Assembly (NCBI GenBank): GCA_965287045.1
Contig: OZ336880.1
Span: 36,208,001 to 36,272,000 of the forward strand
Length of the DNA stretch: 64,000 nucleotides
Source: Carcharhinus amblyrhynchos
Taxonomy: Eukaryota
Direction: 5' to 3'
Part shown: positions 48,913 through 60,766 of the stretch, one piece after another
Layout: the number at the start of each line of letters is the position of its first letter
Numbering within the stretch: the first letter of the stretch is position 1
Notes under the pieces: generated by a model
Told to the model about the DNA's origin: nothing
Database searches by the model: none
The model's input: only the letters and a program-made list of their open reading frames with translations
Translations under genes and position numbers: made by a program

Positions 48913-50016
48913 TCAGTCTGTCAGGGGACTTTTGCTTTCTCTGGGAGTGATGTAGCTCAATTTGTTGTGATTCAATAGCAGAGGTAGATTTGGGAGGACT
49001 TGCTTGGGTCTGAATCTCTTCTTGTATAGGCACATCTGTTCCACTACTGCCTGGGTTTCACTGGGATCAATACTTGGTTCTGCAACTGGTTGACTTGCCC
49101 CTTCACTCCTTTGACAAATGACAATACTACTAGCAGTCACAGTTGGAATAGGCTGTAACACCTGCCCTTGAGATGATTCACGTCTTCTTCAATGATCTAA
49201 GTGCTTATTTGGAATTTTGTCCTGAACTTCCATTTCACTGGGCTGGTTCTGGCCACTACAACACCTGCGACCCAATATGGTCCCTTCCCAAAATTTTTTT
49301 TACCAGGACTGGACTTTCTATCTCAAATGTTCTCTCACTCTTGTTGAATCATGGTTTCTTTTCTTCATACTCTATCTTGGCTCCACCTTGTCCGCCAAGC
49401 CTGGAACTACCAGGGTCAACATGGTCCTTAAACCCTGACCATCAGTAATTCAGCAGGATCAATTCCAGTGGTTATATGTGTGGCGTTCCTATAAGCAAGC
49501 AGCAATCTTGCTAACTTTGTTTCAAGGGACGCCGATGATAATTTCTTCACACCAGCTTTGAAGGTTTGTACTGCGTGTTCCGTGGGCCTATACGACGAGG
49601 GCTGATATGATGCTGTTCGGATATGCTCAATTCCAACAGGATGTCATGAAATTTTGGAACTCAGCATTTGTGAATGCCATTCCATTGTTTGAAGCAAGTA
49701 CATTAGGTAATCTGGGGTGACAAAGCATTGGTGCAGTTTCTCAGTTGTTGCACTGGAAGTTGTGGATTTAATCTCACATTTTGAGTGGGCGTTCATTAGT
49801 AATAGGAACATTCTACCTATAAAGAGCTGACAAAATCTAACATAATCTCTCATCTTTGGCCAGTGTGGCCATTCCCAGGGGTGTAAATGTGCTGTAGCAG
49901 GTAAATTCTCTTGTAGTTGTTACTGATCACACAGTTTCACAATCTTTTCAATGTCAGCATTTATGCCTGGCCACCGTATGTTGCTTCTAGCTAGCATCTT
50001 CATTCTTGACACACCC
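48913..50016 (-). mobile_element. Gypsy integrase remnant
   Basis: GVSRMKMLARSNIRWPGINADIEKIVKLC (zinc-binding region), MFLLLMNAHSK and GIEHIRTASYQPSS...EHAVQTFKAGVKK...LLAYRNATHITTGIDPAELL. Confidence 0.9.
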
Positions 50017-50034
50017 TAATGGTATTGTGTGATT

Positions 50035-50385
50035 TTTCAAGTACTGTAAGTTTGGTTCAGCATTGAATGACATGTTGAGGGACTGTTTGGTTTGTTGTAC
50101 AAACAATATGGCAATACAGAAAAAGCTACTGGCAGAGTGAGAAGGAAATTTTTTGAAGGAGCTGGAAGTGGCCCTAACTGCTAGAAAGTGCTGAGAGAGG
50201 GACCTTAAAGCAGCAAAACATGTATAACAATGGGGTCCACCAGGTTTGATGAGAAGAGGGCTTGTCAGGCACAAGTGCAGCAGCAAGTAGGACCTGCCCA
50301 GTACAAAGGTAAATAATGAACCTCCGGATGCATTTGCTTTTCCTAATTGGAAATTTGGCCATGTTGGCCAATCAAAGACAGTCAA
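50035..50385 (+). mobile_element. Gypsy gag remnant, opposite strand to the adjacent integrase
   Basis: YCKFGSALNDMLRDCLVCCTNNMAIQKKLLAE (cf. CEFG..LNDMLRDRLVCG....IQ..LLAE) and a decayed zinc knuckle PNWKFGHVG. Confidence 0.75.
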
Positions 50386-52754
50386 CCTCTTCTTTGCATC
50401 TATCACACCCGTTGGTGCACTCTCTTCACTTGTATGTACACTCAAGATTCACCTTCCCAGCATACTTCCAGATCTTCAGCTGTGTCAAGCAGAACACTGC
50501 TGCTTCAAAGGCCTGCAGGAAGGAGTCACCAACCTTTGGAAGCCTTCTCAGGTCTTTCAATTTCTTTCAAGCCCACTTTACTTCACACCTGCTTCATTTG
50601 CATCTCTTTCTTTAATTTGGAGCACTCTTTAACTTTACCTGTAGAAACTCTGGAATCTTATTCCTGTCTCCCTTGCTGTGTCCTGCTGAACAGGCCACCT
50701 CCTGTGCAATGGTGTTGCTGCTTAGGGCACCTGATCTGTAGTTTTGAACTGTTTGGCTAGGATTTGGGCCCTTTAAGGCCTTTCTTCTGTGCATGAGCAC
50801 TAAGTCATTCCCTAGCCCAAGAAATGATTGAAGACAAACTGCACATGTGCCAGCTAGTTCCCGGCTGGCAAGTGCGCAAGAGGCCTCGGAGAGGCTGCAG
50901 CCTGCCAGAAACTTTAGTTTCATGATGTTCTACAGTAGCAGAGTGGCAAGTTCCATGGGCTCGGCAGGTGGTCAAGACTGTTTGGAAGAGCTGTTCGGAG
51001 GAAGGTTAACAAGTGGACCTGGGGTTGTTGTGGGGGAGCCAGGATGTTTGGAAGGAGTTGGTTAGGACAGGTGCTTTGGCACTCTCTGGCGGCACTACAC
51101 CACTGCTTTCTTGATTCCAGTCAATTATCTTTGATGCAGTAGCAACAATGTCAATGTTAATTTTTGAAAGGTGAAAGCAAAAATCAAAAAAAAGTATTAC
51201 TTTAACCTTAATGTGAGTAAAAGCCTAGAAATTTGTACCAAAAGTAGTGATATTATATTGTGTGAATATCAATGTGTGATGCTTGAGGCAGTGAGGTAAA
51301 ATTCCTTAATTTATGCAGATACATTAACCAAAAATGCTGACAGTCTATTAAAATGACTATTGACACAGTGTAATTCCAATGAGTTAAATCGCATTTTAAT
51401 ACTGATGTAATCCTGGCACCTCACATGTGATATTGTTCTGCTTTTATGCAAATATTTAGTAAGTAGCCATTTTCATTCTGTATTCAGATCGTTTTCCAAT
51501 TGTACATTTTGATTTGATCCACCTGAAACTATTACGTTAGTACATTGATCAGTCTGTAATTTTATACACATAGGTGGCACTGTCATTTCGCCACGCTAAT
51601 GTATAATGCATATCTCTGTGCCTTGTGCATGTGGGGAAGCATGCTTTCCACTCTGTTGCCATGGTGAATAATCTGTACAGTATAGGTACCTTTGCCCACA
51701 AGGAAGGTAGCTTTTCCTTTCATAAATTGGTATTTTTAACCCACAATTTCAGCTTCCTATGTGGATAATGGCATGTTCTTTCCGGATATTTTTGTTAAGA
51801 TGAAAAGACTTTCATGTTTATAGCAATGAGTCAGGTTAAGGACTTTATCTTTGTGTGAGGGAGGAAGGAGGTCCATACCTGTCAGAGGGTACACTATAAC
51901 CTTTTCTGACTCTCAAGGTAAGGCTCATTGCTGATTCAAATGCCATTCTTATTCTGCTCGACTTTCCAGTGTCCAGAAAGCAGAGTATTTCCTTTCTGTT
52001 TACATAAAGTGTGAATAAGGGAAACTCCCTATCTTGGCCTTCTGTGAAAATAATGGAGGAGGAATAGGTTGGTACTGATATCAACAATAGGCGACACAAT
52101 GGCTATACAGAGGTTGTGGTTTATGCTACTTCCTGCCGCTGGGGAATCAATGTAAACTGCCACCATTATGCCAACAAGTTTTTCCCTGAGTGACTCGAGG
52201 GTCTTTTTATCACAATTAGACAGCTTTGTTAGCTGCATGAATATCCACTGCTTTATAGAAAAGTAGTGCTGGAGATTTGAGGGTCAGGAGGGTTGCAGAG
52301 TGAATCTATTGTTTAAATTAATTAATTTAAAAAATATCATTAAAGGGAAATTCTAGGATAAAGATGTCTAAAATCAATTAGGTTCTTTTTATAAAATTGT
52401 GAGTTGTCATAGATATTTTTCTTGAATGTCCAGCCTGGTGTTCCTTCACACCCAATCATCCTGTTGGCTGGAATTGGGTATCAAACATCCTGTGAGTCCA
52501 TTTCAACTGTTGATTTACTTCAAGTCTCTCATCTACTTTGGGCAAGGATATCACATAATTGCTCAAATGTACCTGCTAAAATGGCACCTAGTTTGAGGTC
52601 AAAGGTCAAAGGCCTCAGTGAGCTGAATGGCCAACTCCTGTGCCAAATGCAGCGTTTAGCCTGCTCCTTGGAGGTGGAAATGGAGACCAGAGTGCTGGTA
52701 AAATAACGCAGGGCTATGTCAATACTCACATTCGGGATGTAAAGAGGCTTAGAG

Positions 52755-54015
52755 TCATAGAAAAGAAGGAACATAGAGCAGGATGAGACCATTCAACCCA
52801 TCAAGCCTGCTCCACCATTCAACAGGATCATGGCTCATCATCCATCTGAATGCTTTTCTCCACACACTATCGCCTCATCCCTTTATGTAACTGGTACTTA
52901 GAAATTTGTCAATTCCTGCTTTAAACATACTCGAATGACTGAGCTGCCATAGTTCTCTGGGACAGTGAATTCCAAAGATCCACAACCCCCTGAGTAAAAA
53001 GAAAATTCTCCTTATCTCAATCCTGAGTGGTTTTGACCAGGGAAATCATCTTATCTGCACTTACTCTATCTATCCTTTTGAATATTTTGTAAGTTTTAAT
53101 TAGATCACTTCTTATTCTTTGAAACTTCAGGCAATACAGACTCAGTTTCTCTGATCTCTCTACTTAAGGTAGTCAGCCCATCCCAGGGCAGCACGGTGGC
53201 ACAGTGGTTAGCACAATGCCAGAGACCTAGGTTCGATTCCCAGTTTGGGTCGCTGAGTTGAGTCTGCATGTTCTCCTCATGTCTACGTGGGTTGCCTCCG
53301 GGTTCTCCGGTTTCCTCCCACAGTCTGAAAGATGTGCTGGTTAGATGCATTGACCATACTAAATTTTCCCTCAGTGTATCTGAACAGGATTGTCATGACT
53401 TGGGGATTTTCACAGTAATTTCATTGCAGAGATAATGTAATTCTGCTTGTGATAGTAATAAATAAAACTTAACTAAAACTAGAAACAAATTTGGTGAATC
53501 TTTGTTGCACTCCCCCTATGATAATAAACTTCCTAAGGTAAGGGGATTAAAACAGCACAGACTACTCCAAGTGCAGTCCAACAAAGGTTAAATATACTTG
53601 AAGACTTCAATATTCCTCTATTTAATTCCTCTTGCAACAAAGGCTGACAAAGCATTAACCTTCCCCATTGATTGCACGTTAGCCTTCAGTGATTTATTGA
53701 TGAGGACACCCAGTTCCTTTGTACATCTAAACTTTTTAATCTCTTACCAGTTAAGAAACACTTTGCATGTATTCTCTTCCTATCAAAGTGGATAATCTCA
53801 CATTTTTCCATACTATATCCCATCTGCCAAGTTTTTCTCTACTCAAATCCTTGTGGAGCCCCTTTGCATCTTTCTCATGACACACATTCCCACCTACCTG
53901 TTTGTCACCTGCAAACGTAGAAATATTCTTCTTTTAGTCCTGAGATCAAAATCATTGATATATATTGTAAACAGCTAAGACACAAGTACTAATCCCTATG
54001 ATACCTCATTAGTCT
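52755..54015 (-). mobile_element. Old CR1 3' portion interrupted by a SINE
   Basis: CR1 tail at ~52760, TQGVVIFGI-like TQRVVNLWN remnant, and reverse FAGDK/YIND remnants near 53900-53965. Confidence 0.8.
53187..53481 (+). mobile_element. V-SINE subfamily B
   Basis: GGCAGCACGGTGGCACAGTGGTTAGCAC head and GGATTTTCACAGTAATTTCATTGCAG tail. Confidence 0.9.
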
Positions 54016-54029
54016 AAAATAGAAACTTG

Positions 54030-55423
54030 AGGCGGGATTTTCTGGCCACAATTCCAGTCTCTCGGACTACCTCAATTTCAGCCTCCCGGACTACCTGGAT
54101 CCACTACAATTTGCCTACTGCCTCAACAGGTCCACAGCAAATGCCATTTCCCTGGTCCTGCACTCAACTCTGGAACACCTAAACAAGGACACCTATGTCA
54201 GACTCCTATTTATTGACTACAGCTCAGCCTCCAACACTATTATTCCCACAAAATTCATCTCCAAATTCCATGGCCTGGGCTTCGGCACCTCCCTCTGTGA
54301 CTGGATCCTGAACTTCCTAACTTACAGACCACAATCAGTAAGGGTAGGCAACAACACCTCCTCCATGATCATCCTCAACAGCAGTGCCTCACAAGGCTGT
54401 GCTCTCAGCCCCCTACTACACTCTTTGTACACGTATGACTGCGTAGCCAAATTCCCCTCCAATTCAATTTTCAAATTTGTTGACGAGACCACCGTGGTGG
54501 GTTGGATCTCAAACAATGATGAGACAGAGTACAGGAATGAGAAAGAGAATCTGGTGAACTGGTGCGGCAACAATAATCTCTCCCTCAATGTCAACAAAAC
54601 AAAGGAGATTGTCATCGACTTCAGGAAGTGTAAAGGGGCACATGCCCCTGATATCAATAGGGGCGAAGTAGAAAGAGTCAAGAACTTCAGGTTTTAGGTG
54701 TCCAGATCACCAACCTGTCCTGGTTCCCCATGCTGACACTATAGTTAAGAAAGCCCACCAAGCCTCTAATTTCTCAGATGACTGAAGAAATTTGGAATGT
54801 CAGCTACGACTCTCACAAACTTTTACAGATGCATCACAGAAAGCATTCTTTCTGGTTGTACCACTGCTTGGTATGACTCCTGCTCTGCCCAAAACCACAA
54901 GAAACTACAAAGCTTGTGAATGTAGCCCAATCCATCACACAAACCAACCTCCCATCTATGATTCTGTCTACACTTCCCGCTGCCTCAGCAAAGCAGCCAG
55001 CATAATTAATGATCCCACACACCCTAGACATTCTCTCTTCCAACTTCTTCCTTCCAGAGAAAGATACAAATGTCTGAGGTCACGTACCAACCGAATCAAG
55101 AACAGTTTCTTTCCTGCTACTCTAAGATGTTTGAATGGACTTATCTTGCATTAAGTTGATCTTTCTCCACACCCTAGTTATGACTGTAATGCCACATTTT
55201 GCTCTCTCTCGTTTCCTTCTCTATGAACGGAATGTTTTGTCTATATAAGCACAAGAAACAATACTTTTCACTGTACGTTAATACATGTGACAATAATAAA
55301 TCAAATCAAGTGCCCCGAGACTGGAAATTCACACTCGAGATCAATGGACTCTTTAATGATCCACCAAATTTTCTGTCCCGCTTCCTACGATTCCCATGGT
55401 GGGCAGGACAGGAAAATCTATCC
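54030..55423. mobile_element. Short MITE split by the Rex1 insertion
   Basis: Left terminus GGCGGGATTTTCTGGCC (54031-54047); remainder 55310-55423 ends GGAAAATCTATCC; similar to 60610-60722. Confidence 0.55.
54048..55309 (+). mobile_element. Rex1/Babar LINE, RT region plus 3' UTR
   Basis: [74 protein letters not shown] and [17 protein letters not shown]; (TCAAA)n tail. Confidence 0.9.
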
Positions 55424-55769
55424 TTATATGTATAAATGGCTCACAAGTGACTTTCAAGTTACAAAGTTGGAGAGCTACATGTAGACTTTGGATTTATTTC
55501 ATACATTCACTAGAGAAATGAAGCAACTGTCATTAATTAAAATGTGTTTTCCACAATAAGAGTTTAAATGTGCATCTTTATGCATCCTACAAACTCAGTC
55601 TTTTTTTAGTCCCACATGTTTGATAATGCATTCGTGAAATTATTCATTGTAATAAAGCAAGGAATCTAAGTGGTGTTATTAATGGATATTTAAATAATAT
55701 TTCTCTGCTCTTTTATACAGGTTGATGTCTGTGCTAAATCAGGAAAGGAAATTTATGCAAAGCATCAAC

Positions 55770-56019
55770 GTAGAAGCCCTCCAGTGCAGAAGGAGGCCAT
55801 TTGGCTCATCAAGCCTACACTGACAACAACCTCACACAGACCCTATCTCTATAACCCTGTGTATTTACCCTGCTAATCCTCCTAACACAAAGGCTCAATT
55901 TAGCATGGTCGATCAACCAAACCTGCACTTCTTCGGACTGGTGAGGAAACCGGAGCACCCAGACAAAGCCCACACAGACATGGGGAGAGCATGCAAACTC
56001 TACACAGACAGTGACCCGA
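55770..56019 (-). mobile_element. V-SINE, CR1-type tail (head truncated)
   Basis: CAGTGCAGAAGGAGGCCATTTGGC tail and V-domain. Confidence 0.85.
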
Positions 56020-56025
56020 GCAGCC

Positions 56026-56307
56026 GATGGCACAGTGGTTAGCACTGCTGCCTCTCAACGCCAGGGACGTGGATTCAATTCTTGGCTCAGATTACTGTCT
56101 GTGTGGAAGTTGCATATTCTCACTGTGTCTGCATGAGTTTCCTCTGGGTGCTCCAGTTTCTTCACACTGTCTGAAAGACTTGCTGGTTAGGTGCATTGGC
56201 CATGCTGAATTCTCCCTCTGTTTTCCCGTATAAGTGCCAGAGTGTGACAACTAGGGGATTTTCACAGGAACTTCATTGCAGTGTTAATGTAAGCCTACTT
56301 GTGACAT
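56026..56307 (+). mobile_element. V-SINE subfamily B
   Basis: ATGGCACAGTGGTTAGCACTGCTGCCTC head and GTGTTAATGTAAGCCTACTTGTGACA tail. Confidence 0.9.
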
Positions 56308-56914
56308 TCAGATTAAACACTGTGCCATCCAAATGTAAAATCTTATCAACAGGAATCTCTATGCCTTTGTACTTGTTGTACAGTGCCGTTCATAGCCACT
56401 CATTTTATATAATGGGTTCTTCATTTTAAAAGTTGTGCTTAAATGGGAAATGAAGAGATAGTTTTCATTATTGGATTGATTTGCAAGTCAGATCTAATTT
56501 ATTATTTGTGGAGGGCTGTAATGTGGATGTTTATGTTGCCAATATATAAGTATACATTTGTTTTAAATACAACATAATATTGACATACTTTCCAGACAAT
56601 GAATTATTCTAGTGCGTTGCCATTTAGAAGGTTACTGTACCAGAATGAACAAATGACATCCCCCTCATTAATGCAATTCTTAGGACTGGGACCGTGACGG
56701 TAGGATGTTGAGGAATTGTGAACGATAGGTGTTTGTGCAGTGATTGAAGCTGATTGTGGTTAAGCATCCTGCTACAGCAGTGAGTGTGTCTTGTTAAGAT
56801 CATTTAAATATTATCACATCACAGCACTAGTGTTATGTAGTTTCTGCGAACACCATTGCCAGAGCATAATCTTATTTGCAAAGATAGCTGATAGAATTCA
56901 ACTGATGCAATCTT

Positions 56915-57065
56915 TTACCTTTGTATTCATTCATGGGACGTCTTCTGCCATTGTCAAGGCCAATCTTTATTGCACATCCCTAAATGGACTTGAGAAGGTT
57001 ATGATGAGCCATTTTGTTAAACTATTGTGATCCATGTGGTGTAGGTATATCCACAATGCTGTTAG
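56915..57065 (-). mobile_element. LINE 3' end of the family sharing the LF-SINE-like tail
   Basis: TTTATTGCACATCCCTAAATGGACTTGAGAAGG is the reverse of the 24330-24450 tail. Confidence 0.55.
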
Positions 57066-57074
57066 ATATTTTTC

Positions 57075-57480
57075 TGATTTGATTCAGTTGTCACAAGTAT
57101 TAGTATACATGTGAAAAGTATTGTTTCTTGTGCACGATACAAAGCATACCATTCATAGAGAAGGAAAGGAGAAGGTGCAGAATATACTGTTACAGTCATA
57201 GTTAGGGTGTAGAGAAAGATCAACTCAATATAATGTAGGCCCATTCAAAATTCTGATGGCAGCAGGGAAGAAGCTGTTCTTGAGTCGGTTGGTACATGAC
57301 CTCAGACTATTGTATTATTTTCCCAGTGAAACAGAGTGTGTCTGGTGTGCATGGGGTCCTTGATAATGCTGGCTGCTTTTCAGAGGCAGCAGGAAATGTA
57401 GACTAAGTCAAAGGACGTGAGGCTGGTTTGCATGATGGACTGGGTTTTGTTCATGACCTTTGTAGTTTCTTACGGTCTCA
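57075..57480 (-). mobile_element. Rex1/Babar 3' fragment
   Basis: Reverse complement of 54890-55309 (GTCACA..TATTAG..CATGTGAAAAGTATTGTTTCTTG). Confidence 0.85.
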
Positions 57481-57623
57481 GATTAATATTAAATATGTAA
57501 ATATTTGTTGGACCATCAGTGACATAAAATCGTACGACAACAGAGCATAGCAAGAGATAGTTCTGTGTAGAGCCTCATACGAGTTTACCTCGTAAATAAT
57601 AAGTATAATTTTAATAAAAGGGA

Positions 57624-58412
57624 GGGCAGAATTCTCCCAAGATCCCATTGGCAGGTTCAGTGGTGGGAGGCTCAGAAATCGATTTCATGTTGGTGTGAAT
57701 TCCCCATTGGATCTTCTGCCGATGTCTGCCATGATGGTAGAGGAAACCTGCTGGAAGCCAACATGAAATTAATTTGTATCCTGCTAATAGGCAGATAAAG
57801 TCCCAGCTGGAATCTTCCACTCACGCCCGATTCTCTGTGACGATGGTGAGAAAACACTCCAAAGCCAAACATGTTTGGAACAACGTGTGCTGATGCTGGG
57901 AGTCACCTGATTAATGCCTGAGGTTGGCTCAGAAGTTCAGGATGGAGGTCACTGGTAACCGTGGACCCCAGAATATCACAACAATGTTTCAGAGAAGCAT
58001 CTGCAGATGGACCTTCCAGATTCGACGTTCCGGAGGGTGTCCATCAACCAGCCTCAGGATGTTCCCAGAGATTTATCTTTTTTCTCAGGAGGTTATGTCC
58101 TGGCCCAGGGCTCTCCCAGAGATTCTTCTTCATTTTCAGGAGGTCCATCCTCTTTCTTCAATACTGGATCGGTGATGTTGGACTCCTTTTCAATATGGTG
58201 TCCGGACAGCATGAAATAACATGGAATACATGCCATCAGGCTTGCCCTGACATGGATTATGGATCATGGATTATGGATTATGCTCTATTGCAACATGAAT
58301 GAGGTTGGGGCCAGGAAGATTTGTCATGTTCTTCTGCCGCCTTCACGGTGGGAAACATTTCATGTTTCCACCCTGCTATGGGACTTAGTTCCAAAATGGG
58401 AAAATATTGCCC
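57624..58412. mobile_element. Harbinger-type MITE
   Basis: TIRs GGGCAGAATTCTCCC / GGGAAAATATTGCCC; internal duplicated CCCAGAGATT...TCAGGAGG units. Confidence 0.65.
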
Positions 58413-59062
58413 ATTGAAGTTTGCTAACAGTATCATCTACAGATTTGGGGTAAGCCCAGATCCATGACAACCGCATCTAAGACCATAAAACAACAATAAA
58501 TGAATAGGGCTTTCCAATATTTTGACCCAGAGGCATGAAAGAATGGCAATATATTTCCAAGTCAGAATGCTGCGTGACTTGGAAGGGAACTTGCAGATGA
58601 TGCTGTTCCCATGCATCTATTGCCCTTGTCCTGAGTGTGAAAGGTATTTGGAAAATAAGCCTTGGTGCACCATTACAATCTTTGCAGATGTATTCAGCAC
58701 AGATATCAGTGATTTAGCTTGATCTTAGCATTATTTTCACTGCAAAACCACTGAAAATGTTAAACCTTGTTAACTAAAGTATAACTGGATTTTTAGAAGC
58801 AAAATAAGTTAGTGCCTACAAACACACCACTGCTGGAAAATTAATTTTATAAGTTGGGATTTCATTCCCTCTATCCATGATAACATTTCCCTGACTTTTA
58901 AAATAATAAATGTTAATTTGCATTTTTTTAAAACAAATTCTGATATATTTTACCTCCTATTTTAATCCCATACAGGTATGCACATCTCAATCTTTAATTT
59001 ACATTCTATAAAATTCATTGTTAAAAGAATTATTGAAGTCCACGTAGATTACATCAAGGATG

Positions 59063-59361
59063 GCAAGGTGGCAAAGTGGTTAGCACTGCTGCCTCACAGC
59101 ACCAGGGCGCTGGGTTCGATTCCAGTCTCGGATGGCTATGTGGAGTTTGCATGTTCTCCCTGTGTCTGCATGGGTTTCCTCCTACCGTCCAAGATGTGTA
59201 GGTTAGGTCAGTCCATGTTAAATTGCCCCTTAGTGTCCCAAGAATAGGGGGATCAGTGTGGTATTTGGGATATGGAGATAAGCTTGGGTAAAATGCTCTA
59301 TCAAAGACAAAGTTACAGACTTGATGGGCCGATGATCTGCTGACCCACAAGGATTCTATGA
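59063..59361 (+). mobile_element. V-SINE, CR1-type tail
   Basis: Head GGTGGCAAAGTGGTTAGCACTGCTGCCTCACAGC and GGATTCTATG tail. Confidence 0.9.
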
Positions 59362-59364
59362 AAG

Positions 59365-60050
59365 GAATGTGAAATACACACCAAGTCACCTTCTTAAAAA
59401 GATCAATCAAATTTGTTAAAAATGATCTTCCCTGACAAAGACATGCTGTATATCCTTGCCTCGACAAACAGAGAATAATTCCCTCAGTATTTTTTCCAAT
59501 AATTTCCATATCACCAGCACATAATTATTTGGTTCAACCTTACTTCCCTCCTTGAATAATGGTGCCACATTGGCTGTACTCCAGTCCTCTGGCATCTCTC
59601 CTGTGGCCAAAGACGATTTGGAAATTAGTGTCAGCGCCCCTACAATCTCCTGCCTGGCCTCATACAATAACCTGAGATACACCTCATCTTGGCCTGAGGG
59701 TTTATCCACTTTTAAGACTGCTGAACCAGTTGACACCTCCTCAATACTAATCTGTTCAATTATATCACACCTTTTCCCTGATTTCTATACCCATATTGTC
59801 CTTCTCCATAGTGAACATGGATGTCAAGGGATATGCAGCATTGGATAAGGAACAACATGGTTAATACTCAATTAAAACCTCACTTACATCCTTTGGTTCC
59901 ACACACACACATTGCCACTTTGTTCCCTAATAGGCCCCACTCCTCCCCGATAACCCTCTCACCTTTAATATACTTATGAAACACAGCAAAACTTTCCTTA
60001 TTTTGCCTGTCATTGTTTTCTCATGCCCCCTCTTTCATCTCCTCATTTCT
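59365..60050 (-). mobile_element. Old CR1 ORF2 fragment
   Basis: LKVDKPSGQDEVYLRLLYEARQEI...GEMPEDWSTANVAPLFKEG. Confidence 0.85.
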
Positions 60051-60085
60051 TTTTTTTAAGTATTCCCTTCCACTATGTATACTCC

Positions 60086-60362
60086 TAGAATCATAGAATC
60101 ATACAGTGCAGAAGAAGGCCATTCAGCCCATCGAATCTGCACCGACCACAATCCTACCCAGGCCCTATTCCCAAAACCTAATGCATTTACCCTCGCTCGT
60201 TCTACTGACATAAGGGACAATTTAGCATGCCCAATCCACCTAACTTGCATTCCTTGAACTGTAGGAGGATACCAGAGCATCCAGAGGAAACCCTTGCATA
60301 CATGGAAATTGAACCGAGGTCCCTAGTGCTGAGGAGCAGCAGTGCTAACCACTGTGCCGCCC
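60086..60362 (-). mobile_element. V-SINE, CR1-type tail
   Basis: (TAGAATCA)n tail and head GCAGCAGTGCTAACCACTGTGCCGCCC. Confidence 0.85.
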
Positions 60363-60609
60363 TAGACTACAGGCCTTGGGCTTCCACTGTTTTGAGATCC
60401 CTGTATCTGATATTAACCATGTTTTTCCTTATCCAATGCTGCATATCCCTTGACATCCAGGCTCACAACATTTAAGAAGTAATTAGATGAGTTCTTGAAA
60501 TGCCGTACATGCAAGACTATGGACCAAGTGCTGGAAAATGGGATTAGAATAGATAGGCCAGTGCAGACATGATGGGCCAAAGGGTCTCATTTTGTGCAGT
60601 AAAATCTAT

Positions 60610-60722
60610 GGCTGGAATTTTGCTGCCTGCCCATTGTAGAAATCAGAGCGGGCGAGGGGCAGAACATAAGAAAGTTCCATCTCGGGCGGTTTCGAGATGA
60701 AGAAGATCGTAAAATCCCATCC
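60610..60722. mobile_element. Short MITE
   Basis: Termini GGCTGGAATTTT / AAAATCCCATCC. Confidence 0.55.
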
Positions 60723-60766
60723 TGTGACACTAAATTGAGTAATAATCTGTGCTTTTTATTTTGTAG

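Noticed and set aside
51845-52099. Minus ORF containing LYVNRKEILCFLDTG, resembling a retroviral aspartic protease motif
   Set aside because: No downstream protease motifs and no adjacent gag or RT in frame. The surrounding DNA looks like unique non-coding sequence, so it is probably chance.
55721-55769. Possible exon after the strong acceptor ttttatacAG
   Set aside because: The only nearby donor-like GT lies in a SINE tail and is weak.
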